Shown: positions 1 to 11,658 of the stretch, piece by piece
How positions within the stretch are numbered: position 1 is the stretch's first letter
Layout of the letters: each line of letters opens with the position of its first letter
From: Paramecium tetraurelia
Lineage: Eukaryota
DNA length: 64,000 nt
Assembly (NCBI GenBank): GCA_000165425.1
Contig: CT868196.1
Span: 248,001-312,000, forward strand
Direction: 5' to 3'
Translations under genes and position numbers: made by a program
The notes under the pieces: model-generated
The model's database searches: none
Seen by the model: only the letters and a program-made list of their open reading frames with translations
Told to the model about the DNA's origin: nothing

Positions 1-2548
1 TAAGAGATGCAGCATTTGCAGCCCATTAAGAGAATCCCTGTTCCAACATTGACTTATTTCGATCATACAAAGCTTTATAAATATGTTTCTAAACTGTTGT
101 CATCTCAATATCTATAATGGTCTCTTGAAGTGGAGGAATCATTTATTCGACATCTTCTTTTTGTCTTCTCAGAATGTAAGGTTTCAATAAGACATTCAGC
201 CTATCAACTTAATCTGATGTTTCTAACTATCCATAGTCTCGTTTGAAATAGTTAAGATTGCAGAATTGATTGGGTTCTATGAAGTTCAGTAAACTAAATA
301 ATTCTTCAGTATTGTTTTAAATAGGAGTTCCAGTCAAGAGTAAAGTGCGTTAACAGGAGAGTCTTTTAAGTGATTATAAGATTCTTGCATTAGAATTTTT
401 TAACTTATGGGCTTCATCCACAACTATATATTAGAAAGGAATATTTATAAATATATTCTGAAAATCTTGCATAAATACTTCATAACTAGTTATAAGAATC
501 TGAAATTTATATATTTCTGAGGCTGTTAATAGAATTCCTTTCATGCTTATATCTGTATAAAAGAATTCATATTATCTACAAAGTTATCTGCCAGCATTGC
601 TTTCTTGATCATAATAGAGTACGGCATTTAGATTAGTCCATTCTTCAACTGTTCGTTTCCAATGTTGTAGAGTAGACAAAGGAGCTATTACTAAGAATGG
701 ACCTCTGTAATTTTCAAAATTATAGAGATGATTTAAGAATGCAATTGTCTGTATGGTTTTACCAAGTCCCATTTCATCAGCCAAAATAACATTTCTGTCT
801 TCATACCATGCTCTGATTAACCAATTTAAACTATCCAGTTGATAATCCCTCAGCAAACGTTTATCCTTATAAATTGTTTGGGTGAGTTAAGTATATTCAT
901 GTGGAGGTTTTTATTAATTGAGGAAATACAATTATGATTTGATATCTTGGATTTGCATGTTGGATAATTTCTTTTTCTTGATACCTTGGTCATATTCTAT
1001 TAAATTCTTATGATTTAAATTTTGCTGCATCATTAAATTTCTTGTTTCTTTATCTAGACTTCTATTAAATTATTTGAATTCTTGAATCTTTTGTCTGCAA
1101 TCAATAAGAGATTCAGGTTCCCATGTAGCCTCTAGATAAGACAAATGTTTCCATTTTACAAAATAGAGTTTATCAGGTTCTTGTTAGAGGTTCTAGATCT
1201 CCTCTTTAGTTAATAATTGTATTTCCTCTGGTGATTCATTAAGCCATTCAAATGATTTTTCACCTGGATTCCATGATTCTATATCTGGATCAACAACATC
1301 CATTTAGGATTAAAAATCTTGCATTTCTAATTGCATCTCTTGAGCAACATCGATATCTTAATTTTGGAGGGATTACTTTAAGTAAACTTCCAGATCGAAT
1401 TCTTAGTCATTCTCAATTTTTAATTTAATGTTTAGTTCTTACTCTAAGATGTTTTCAATCTCTTTGGCATGTTCTTGAAGATTATATTGTTTATCTTCTA
1501 TGATATTCAAAACTTTAGAAACTAATTCTTTGATTTTCTCTTTTTTCAATTCTGGCATAATATCTTTCCTATGAGCATCATTGATCTTCTCTTTGTATGC
1601 TTGTTCATTGATATATCTTTGCTATTGTAATTTAGATTAATAGTTTTAATTGGCTTCTTCATACCAAATATTATAGAGTACAGTAGAACATTCTATTAGA
1701 GTGTTAGTGATTTTATTCATTTCTGTTCCTTCTTGCCATTCTTATGCTGCAGCTTTAAAGACTGAGCCCAATTCAGACCAGAAATCACTAAAATTTTTGT
1801 AATATCCCAAATAAAGTCGATTATTAATGGTTCCAAAATCAAGGAATGTTTTTTGTTCTAAGAAGTATACACCATAATGGATTTGATCTCTGGAGAAGTT
1901 GAGCAAGTGAGACATTACTTTAGTTAGTGATTCTGCCCACTTTCCTTTCATTTCCGATCCCTTTTTTGGATGAACAATAGGAAAGATTTCTGTACATGAT
2001 AATACTCTATCTACTTCTTAGAAGGCTGGATCAAAATATTGATCATCTAGAAAGTCATCGATTTCCTCTTGGATACGCTTCTCGAAGACTTTGTTAAATC
2101 TATTAATTTTCTGCTTGCCATTCTTTTCTTCAAGGATCTGAGGATATAGAATAAATTGATTATACTCTATCTTCATTAAGCCATTCTGTATGTAAGTAGC
2201 TTCTATTCTTAAACTTTACTAAATATAAGATTTCGGAAGTGTTTTGGTCTATCTTTCTACATAAAATTTGATCAATCTCTGGAACGAAGATGCGCTTCGC
2301 TTCTGTTTCTTCAACTGGTTAATTTATGGGTTCATCTTCCTCGCTCATAGTTGCTGCATAATTCTTCTTGATAGCTCTGGCTGATCTCCGTTCATTTGCA
2401 ATTGCATTATGCTCTAATGGGTAGTATTCCTCTTCCATCTAGTTGTATCTACAAATGCATCTAACATCATGTACTTTCTCTTTTGCTTATCTCGCAGTCT
2501 ACCCAATTATCTATTACTTTAATCATCTTCACTTTCTTAATCACTCAT
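1..2548 (-). CDS. CHD-family (SNF2) chromatin remodeller, 5' part, runs off the window edge; tandem chromodomains with a bromodomain-like insert
   Basis: Ciliate-code translation from ATG 2548 (MSDQESEDD). Chromo1 EIDQILCRK..YLVKFKNRSYLHTEW; chromo2 EVDRVLSC...YFVKWKHLSYLEATWE; helicase motifs LRDYQLDSLNWL, ILADEMGLGKT, IIVDEAHKLKN, LLTGTPIQN. 28-nt intron at 2138-2165. Confidence 0.95.
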
Positions 2549-2744
2549 TTATAAAATAATAAAGGACAAAAGAAAAATAAAAAATGTGATAAAATAAGCA
2601 TCTCTCTATTTGAATTTCAGATAATTGCACTCAAATAGGCGCGCATTTAATTATTTAATATAATAACCATATTTTATGGAAATATTTACATTACATTCAT
2701 CATCCATCTTCCTATACTCTTTCTTATTTATTTAATTATTTTAT

Positions 2745-5468
2745 ATGGATCCAAGTGCGCATTGGAAAGAACTAAATAAAAAGTATTACAAATTTCATCA
2801 ATTCAATCCTATCACAGGTGAGTAGAAGAGTCTTGACTTTTTCTATTAACGCATAGCTGTATCCAAATGGGGTGGTCCCTTGGCTGCTACTAAAAATTAT
2901 AATCAGGTTATCCTCATGCGTACCGATGACCTACTAAAAGACTCCATAGTGTTCTTCTCCAACAATGGTAAGATCATATCCAAAACTTAATATAAAGAAA
3001 TCGATAGAGTATAACAATTAAATTATATAGATTGCATTATTCGATTTCCTAGAAGATGAACAACTATTGTTGCTCAAGGCCAACGGTTCGTATTATATAG
3101 TAGATCCCTTCAAAGGTACCAAAAAGACTTATGATCTGATGGATCAATTCAAACAATAATAAATTCACAAAGGCTTAATTGTTAACAATGGATTTGTATT
3201 GATGACAACAAATTTTGAATTCTTCTATATTCCTAATGCATATGAGCCTTAAGTTCACAAAATGAAGCCATCTAATCTCACCTAAGAACCTGAACATTGG
3301 TAAGTTATTCCACCTCAAAAAACATAGAGTGGAAAGATGGAACTCTTAATTGCCAATCCTGATGGTGGAATTATTCATATAATTGAAGATGAAAAATGGA
3401 AGATCTATTACAATAAGGATAAAATAGTTAATGAGATCGATAAGAAACTACCTGATCTCAGAAACATTAAAATGATCAGTCTATCATCCAATTACAAAAA
3501 CCTAGCATTACTCTAATACTTAAATTAAAGATGGGTTGTAACATTCATTTCAGATTTCTTTGATTCTACAGATTGTAAATAAATACCAATTGATCTCAAA
3601 GAAGAGGATGTGAAAAAAGAAGAAAGTGCAGAAAAAGATATAAGTAAAATTGAAAGACCAAGAAGAATGCTTTGGTGTGGTGATGATTGTGTTGTTCTCC
3701 AATTACAATAATATTTAGTCTTAGTTTCTAAGGATTCTTACATTAAAGTCAAAATGAGCAATTCCCATTTTGCACTTAAGTAGGAAGTTGATGGAGTTAG
3801 GATTTTAACTTAAAAGAAAAATGAGATTTTGCGTAAATTACCTGAAGCTTATGTTAATGTCTTCTTACCACTCTCTGTTAAACCAGGGGCTTAATTGCAT
3901 TCTGCATATGAGTCATTTGAATAAAAAAATCCTATTGAAGATGATGAATTAAGATCCAAAAAGACTGAACTTGGAGAAGCAGTTAATGATTGCATCAAAA
4001 GTGGATAATTTGAGATTAATCCTGAATATCAAATGAAACTATTAAAAGCAGCCAGTTATGGTAAAACATTCTTAGGAAACTAATTGATTGATCCAAACCT
4101 CCTAAATGAAACTTGTAAATACCTCAGAGTGTCAAATGCTCTACGTAGAAATGGTAGTGTAGGTGGTAGAGTTGTTACTTATGAATAAGTCTTGCAATTG
4201 ATAAAGAATCCAGATCTATTTATCACTCTTATGCTCAGATATAGTTTACATTATTTAGCTATTGAAATTTCACGTTTCCTTAAATTTTAAATTAAATAAA
4301 AATCTACAATCTATACTCATTGGGCATGTTGTAAAGTAGAAAGTTAAATGGATGATGATTAATTATGTTAGTTAATCAAGGAGAAGATTAAGGAAGAAAA
4401 AGGAGTATCTTTCACTTAGATTGCATAGAAATCAATAGAAATAGGTAAGTCACAATTAGCATTAAAACTTCTGGATAATGAATAAAGCTTATCTAAACGT
4501 ATTCCAGTTCTTATATGGATGGCCAATTATTAACAAGGCAACAACAATTCATATTATGAAAAAGCTTTGATTGATGCAATTGCCTCAAAGGATTCAAATC
4601 TGATTTATCTTGTAATAATGAAGTTTTTGAAAACAGATATGGATGAAACCTATAAGTTTGGTATTCTATCTTAAAATCCAGTTGCCCAATCCCATTTAAT
4701 ATATTACCTTAGAAATTTTGATGATAAATACTTATAGAAATATTTACAATATTTAAAGAAATACGATGAATGTGGTTTATTGGCTATCAATTAAGCATAT
4801 CAATAGAATAATTTGACCGAGAAGATCAGGTTTTTGGAGTTTGCCTAGAAATACTTTGAAGAAGAAAGCAAAGATTCTTTCTATAGTAAAATATTACAAG
4901 AATAAATACGAACATTGAATGATTTGAAATAGGAAGTTGAAAGAGAGAAAAAGGAGAAGATCAAAGCGGTAATGGAAGAAAAACCATTGAATTCAATTAT
5001 GGAAACATTTCTATCTAAAGATAATATTCAACTGGCTTAAGAATTTGCCAAGACATATAAAATTCCAGAAAGAAGGTACTCACTAATTATATCCTTAGAT
5101 TTAATATAACAAGAGTGAAGGCATTAATTAATAATAAGAATTGGGAAGAATTGGAAAGATTTATGAATGAAAAGAACAAAAAGAATGTATCCATCCCCTA
5201 TGAGTTAGTTGCAGATATGTTGATTAAAGCAGATTAAGAAGAAAGAGGTTTATAAATGATAATGAAAATGCCAGATCCAGAGGTAAATAGAATTTATATA
5301 GAATAGGAATCTTGCTATATGTTATTAAAAATCGGATAGTAGCGACATGCTGTTCAAGTAGCCATTAACAATAAGAAGTCACAATTGATACAAGATATCA
5401 GAGGATCTATAAATGACAATTCAGCTAAAGCATAACTTGAAATGTACTTAAGTTCAAATCAAAAATGA
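2745..5468 (+). CDS. VPS16: Vps16 (HOPS/CORVET subunit)
   Basis: MDPSAHWKEL..IAVSKWGGPLA, MLWCGDDCVVL, QEVDGVRI, LLKAASYGK, IYTHWACCKV, KALIDAIASKDSNL. Three short introns (e.g. 3009-3030). TGA 5466-5468. Confidence 0.92.
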
Positions 5469-5642
5469 TATAAAAGGTTATGTTTAATACAAAGAATAAT
5501 ATATAAATGTTAAACTTCTTTAGATTTGGTTGACTTTGGAATTTCAAGATATTTTTCTCTTTTCTATGGCAATCCATCTGAATTTATTTTAACTTTACAA
5601 CACTACTTAATTAATTCTGGGAACAAAACATAAAATTATATA

Positions 5643-6502
5643 ATGGCAAGAGATTATTAATTCAAATAACCCTCCTTTCTAAGAGTATCAAGTATTGTTT
5701 CCCAGATTGAGGAGCCTTATAAGTCTCCATAATTATAAAAATTTGCGTAAAGATTAACATCCTAATTAGATCTTAATTGGAAGATATAGCGAATGAATAT
5801 GAATACAGGCCTTTACCTCTAAGTAGATAAGCATCTAATTTCATATTGTATGATCCAATCAACAGTTTGGGATCAAGGAGATCAATAACAAAGGATAGCT
5901 ATCCTCTTCCATTTTAGAAATAATAATCACAGATATCCTAGATTAATGATATTAGAGTGAAGGAAGAATTATCTAAAGAAATTGAATAAGAATAAAAAGA
6001 ACAACCTAATTTGGATGAAGATAAAGATAACAATAAAATAAAAAAGTCACAATAGGTCATTAAAACAAGTTAAATACAAAAACAAATAAAAAAAAAAAAG
6101 AATGAATTGGAATAATAACCTTGTTTTTGTAGAAATAGTGGTTGTTTAAAGAGATATTGTAGATGTTTTCATAGTGGAAGAATGTGTTTAAAGGAATGTT
6201 AATGTGTTGAAGGCTGTTTGAATAATGAGGATCATCTAGAAGAACGTAATATGGCAATAAAACATGTGAATGAGAAATGTCATAGAAACAAGAATATTCC
6301 CAAAGATGCCCTGTTTAAACTTAAGGATTGTTTTGGTTGCAGCTGTAAAAAGTCTAGGTGTCAAACAGGTTATTGTGAATGTTTTTTGAGAAAATCAAAA
6401 TGCACAATTGATTGCGAATGTCAAAATTGTGAGAATGGTTTAGATGAAGCATATTTGGAAAGCTAAAAAAACAAAAAGAATTATAGAGTTAAAAGAAAGT
6501 GA
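5643..6502 (+). CDS. Tesmin/TSO1-like (CXC/CRC, LIN54-type) domain protein
   Basis: Two CXC modules: PCFCRNSGCLKRYCRCFHSGRMCLKECQCVEGCLN and GCSCKKSRCQTGYCECFLRKSKCTIDCECQNCEN. One 23-nt intron near 5747; start MARDYQ. Confidence 0.9.
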
Positions 6503-6532
6503 GTATAATTAATATATTTATATATACAAAAC

Positions 6533-7564
6533 ATGTTAATATATTAAAGTAATAATTGTATTAATGAAACATAATTTATAAGCAAAGTAATAATTTAAGA
6601 TTAATCATCAAGGAAAAATAAGAGAAATATAACAGGAGGAGAAATTCATTTAAACTAAATTGATGAGGCTGATAAAATAAATGAAGATGCTTCATAAGAT
6701 TACGAAAGCAATCTATTAAAAGTTTTAGATTTGCAACCAGAGATCACTAAAATATTCATTGAAAGTATTTTAACACTTTTATCCCATAGATCTGACAAAT
6801 GGTAGTTTCATTGAATTGAATGAACAAGCTTTAAGAAGGAAAATTCAAATGATGGAAGAAAGCAGAAAATAACAAATTCAAACTGAAAATGTATTATTAG
6901 TCTTGAACAAATTAATTCATGAAGCAGTCAAATTAATAGACAGATTTATCTTCTTTTTCTAAGGATTATTGGCAGGTAACCTTTAAAATTAACAAGGGAA
7001 TGACATTGATGCATGTTTTCATCATTTTTCTAGGTTAAAGTACAGATTAAGAAGGCTTGACAACATTCTTTAAATTATATGCTAAATACTGTTTAAGAGT
7101 GGATTAAGTCTTTCATATCATAATATTAATCAGTGCTTTTGGTAGCTTATTTGTTTGTGTTCAATTAAAAGATTAGTAAGAAAAGACAAAAAACAATTAA
7201 GATAAAAAGTTTTATATCCAATCAATTATTAGTGCTCTTTGTAAAAGATACATTTTAATTTAGTTTATAATATTGCTTATCTGTTATGGGTGATAGGACA
7301 TAGAAATATAGTTGAATTATCAAGTGGAATCACTCAGGATGACACAAATGATCAAGTCTAAGCTGTAATTGATGGTTCTGCATTATACAACTTTTGGACT
7401 TACACATAGATAGCAATTACTGTTCTGACTGTATTGGGGTGGTTTATTTCTGTGAATACAACTGAAAGTAATCTTAACTATTTAGCCTCGGTCGAAGCGG
7501 AGTAAGAAATAATCAATAATTTAATAGTTAAATATTTGGTGATGAAAATAGGAAGGAGAAATGA
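6533..7564 (+). CDS. TMEM237: TMEM237-like four-TM ciliary transition-zone protein
   Basis: After removing four tiny introns: TKIFIEN..FIFFFQGLLAGMTLMHVFIIF..FFKLYAKYCLRVDQVFHIIILISAF..SALFYNIAYLL..FWTYTQIAITVLTVLGWF. Colinear with TMEM237 motifs as I remember them (FSHGFLAG..LLQQY..LYFTAL..LVGLSW). Start codon less certain. Confidence 0.7.
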
Positions 7565-7799
7565 TCAAATTATTTTTATTAAGATTTTGAATTAATTTAC
7601 ATACTTTAATTATTACACAGTTGCTATTTCTTATACACTAATATGATTGTATGTATTATTCTATCTTTCTTTTCAGGATTAAACTATTTCAATAATATAT
7701 ATTTTGAAATAAATTTAATGATAAATTAAGAATTACAATCATATGGATAATTACAACTGCCTTTATAATTAATGAATTTTAATAAATAATTTATAATAA

Positions 7800-9775
7800 T
7801 CAGTATTAGATAAAACTAAAAATAACACTAAAATACATACTTTTCTTTACATGAGTCAGCACTCTTCAGGTCCCTGTCTTCCTCTATTTTAATAAGAAAA
7901 TAAATACTTTATAACTATTCTAATTAATTCACTGCTTTGGACATTTCTTTTTTAAGATCTTATACAATATTTGATATATTATTTTATTTGTCATTAACTT
8001 TTCTTATGATGGAATCTAATTTTGTTTAAATAATGAATTACCAAACTATTTTCCAGTATTAAATTAAGCTAAATCATTAGTTTAATATTCTGATTATCCA
8101 AAGTAGCTCTTAAACTTTTCCTCAAAATTCTAGAATAAATTTGAATTAAATTACAATAATTTTTTTTTTGTCTTTGTTTTCTAATTACTTTAATTCCTAA
8201 AATATAGCTAAGTTTTCAAAAACTTAACTATCCTCTCTGTCCATATTGTTGATATGAGCAGTTAAGAAATCATCAGCAAACCTGACCTTTTTGTCGTTAG
8301 AATTAACGGCAAGCGACTTTTTATTATCTGAGAACAAAGGGGAGTATTGTTATTGTTATTGTTAATGTTATTATTAGTAAGATGATTATTGCTATTATTA
8401 TTATTGATAATTGATATTTATATGTTATTAAGATTATTACTATTGTTATTATTATTGTACTTAATAAAGTTATTCTTAAAGTTCTTGATTTTATTATTTG
8501 AGCTTTGAAATCTATTATAGTAGTTCTCCTTAATTTCTCTTTTAAACTATAACTTCAAGTTCTTCCCTTAATTATTTTTCCTTTTGATATTATTTTAATA
8601 ATTCTTAATACTCCTCCATAGACACACCTTTGGGTTTGTTTGTTTTAGGTTATTAAATATTTCTGCCATCCAACACTGCTCTCTTCGCTCGATTAGCAAA
8701 CTATAATGTAGAAAAGGTCTCAGCACTGGAAGATATCGAAGGAGATACGCAGACGATGAATAGGATTTTACCACTGCCACTTAAAGAATCACTTAGAACT
8801 CTTGTCAATTTAGAATTTCTGAAAGGTATGTGTGTTCTATTTCTATCAATCAAAGCAGAGATACAATGTCCTAAACAAGATAAACTACCATTGATTGATG
8901 TCAATTCTTAGATGTGTAGTTCCTTCTCTTCAGGAGTCAAGTCAGTTGGAATTTTAAATTTCTCAGATCCAGCTAAGTCAACAATTTTAAGTGAGGACTC
9001 TTATAATACAGGTTCTCCATTTATAACTGAAACTTATTGAAGAGTCATCTAAAAACAACAATGAGATCTTGAACTCTTTGAATTGGCATGACTGCATCCT
9101 ACAACTCTATTTCTTAATCCTAGAATTAAGTATTCATAGGCAGTATCAATGTCCATAATTCTTATTTGGGATAAATCTGGAATATTCACATCACCATTTT
9201 TGTTTTCACGAATGTCCAATCCTTGAGATTTTAGATTGAAAAGATCAAAAATCTATAAGTTTATTAGTTCTATATACTTTTTCATTGTAAATTTCATAGA
9301 ATGATAAATAAAGTCGACATTAATCCTCTTCTATTTGACTTTATAATTGAGATATGATTGATTGAATTGCTCTAGGTAGAATTCCTCTCTCATTGCACCT
9401 TATAACCTAATGAAACTTCTCAGTGGAAACGTTAGCTACATTTTCAGGTAATCCACCCATAATTGTATAAGTTTTACCAGCTCCAGTTTATCCATAAGCA
9501 AAAATAGTGTTGTTTATTCCTTGTATGAATGACTTGATAGATTCAGAAACCAATCGTTGAACATCCTGTTGGTTGGCTGTTTTTGGAAGTATGTCGCTGA
9601 ACTTCATTCGAAGACTATTTCCAATTCTAGTCACTTTTATTGTATTATCATCAATCATCTGTACAAAGTCCTCTTCACTTTCACTATTTAGAGTGGGTCT
9701 GACACGAACTGCTATTCTGACTTTGCTATTATCACTAGGGATGTCTCTCTAATTAGGGCTTTTTGATTTATTCAT
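7800..9775 (-). CDS. Kinesin motor protein with coiled-coil and poly-Gln tail
   Basis: [60 protein letters not shown]. Poly-Q tract at ~8345-8460. Confidence 0.95.
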
Positions 9776-10257
9776 TCGTTAATTAATAATATAATGAATC
9801 AAACTAAACTAAAAAGTAGATTATTTTAATATAATTTATCATTCAAATATATAGGAAGATTGTTTATTAATCAAATTGACTCATTTATCAATCCCTTAAT
9901 TGAAAACCCCTTTTGAAATCCTATTCCTTTAAATAACAATTATTTAAATAAATAAAAGAGTTCCTCTTTATAAATGAATCAAGAATAAGAATAAGAATAA
10001 GAAAATTTAGTTATTGTCTTAGAGATTGAAATTTCATTTATATTAGTCCATTTTTTTTGTTAATTCTGATTTATAATATATATTTTGATGATATGATTTA
10101 TACCAAATAATCTAATATGTTGAACCATTATGAATTTGAATGGTTTTTAAGGAATGATAAATTTATAAGATATATGTTAAATTTTGAAGTAATTATGTAT
10201 AATTGATGTGTTAGTTCTAGTGATAAACATTAAATAAATTAACTGTTAGAAAAATAA

Positions 10258-11483
10258 ATGGAATTGAAACAACTAAATAAGTTTACCGAAGAATATAAAC
10301 TAGAAAAGACTCATAAACTTATTAAATATCTTATTATTTTGGGTATAAGTGTAGCTAAACAATCACTAAATGATATTACTTAGGATGGAATCAAATCATT
10401 AGCTAGTATATTTAATAGTTAAATTAGATGCTTATAAAGAAAAGTCTATTCAATAAGAAATAAAAAGCTTACGCAAGAAAGTACTTTCATTGGAAAAGCA
10501 TTTTTAACCAGAACAATAAATTAAATATCATAGTCAACCAAAATTACCTACTAAAATAACTCCTAAAATTACAGAACAAATACCAGTTTAATAAAATGTC
10601 AAAAAAGCCATACCATTCAAACATCACTTAGATGATTCAGAAATGTAATATTCAATATATTAATTGTTAGTAAATCAATATTGTGGAATCAATACAATAA
10701 CAATTATGAACTAAACTACGAAAATAAAGATTCATAACATTAACCTAAAAGAAAGTAAACATTTGATTCATAACCAATTATTCCTCAATATCTACCTAGA
10801 AATGATTCATAAAACGAAATTTAACCATTATCATAAAGAGAGAATAGTGCCAGATAATAAACATAGCGATCTTCATATCATTCTAGCCAGATAGACAGTT
10901 TACACAGTCTACATAGTCGAAACTCACCTTAATTTAAAGATGAGATTAAGAAAATACATAAGGAGAATAAGACTCCTCAAGGAAGTTCTGTACCAAAACA
11001 TCTTAGATAAGTGCAATCAAAAATTAAATAACAAATACTATAAGATAAAGAATAATATAGATCAAATCATGTTCAAAAAGTAGATGACCAATGCATTAAT
11101 ATAAATAATTCTATGAATCCACTGAATAACACTCCTTAGAATAAGTTGTTTTAACCTTGTCAATCTACTCATTTTGGTAGTGGGTAAGTAGGCAGCGCAT
11201 AGCAACAGTAAAATCACCCTTAGGAATCAAATACTATCACCGAAAGAAAATTATTTAATATTGATGAGATTGCTTCATCATTTTTAAATTCTCCTTTCCT
11301 CAAAAGTTAGATCAAACAAAGACTATTTAATAAATAAGAATCGGCTTCTAAATCATCAGCATCCAGTACTTTCTCATTGTTCAATCCAAACAACGAACTT
11401 AAAAGTATAATTATTATTGTAATATAGATTTCTTTTAATAGTTAGACAAGTAAGTGGTCAACTAGTTATCTTTTTAATTTTGA
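10258..11483 (+). CDS. Hypothetical Gln/Ser-rich protein
   Basis: Long frame open in the ciliate code from MELKQLNKF with short GTA..TAG introns. No recognisable domain; ends approximate. Confidence 0.6.
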
Positions 11484-11542
11484 AAAGTAATAATATGTTC
11501 AACTTATTATATAACTAATGCTTATTCTCATAAACCAGATTG

Positions 11543-11614
11543 GGTCTTGTAGTGTAGCGGTTATCACAAAGGATTCTGACTCCTTTAACCCAGGTTCGAG
11601 TCCTGGTAAGACCT
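11543..11614 (+). tRNA. tRNA-Gln (anticodon CUG)
   Basis: Acceptor stem GGTCTTG/TAAGACC; D arm TAGTGTAGCGGTTATCAC; anticodon arm AAGGA-TTCTGAC-TCCTT; T arm CCAGG-TTCGAGT-CCTGG; followed by a T-run (Pol III terminator). Confidence 0.97.
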
Positions 11615-11658
11615 TAATTTTTTTTAAATATTGTTAATTTTAAATTTGACTAAATTCA

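Noticed and set aside
5469..5642. Possible hairpin or H/ACA RNA between VPS16 and the CXC gene
   Set aside because: Pairing is imperfect and there are no properly placed H and ACA boxes.
11543..11614. tRNA-Gln as the special UAA/UAG-decoding tRNA
   Set aside because: The anticodon loop is TT-CTG-AC, so it reads ordinary CAG; it is not the UUA or CUA species.
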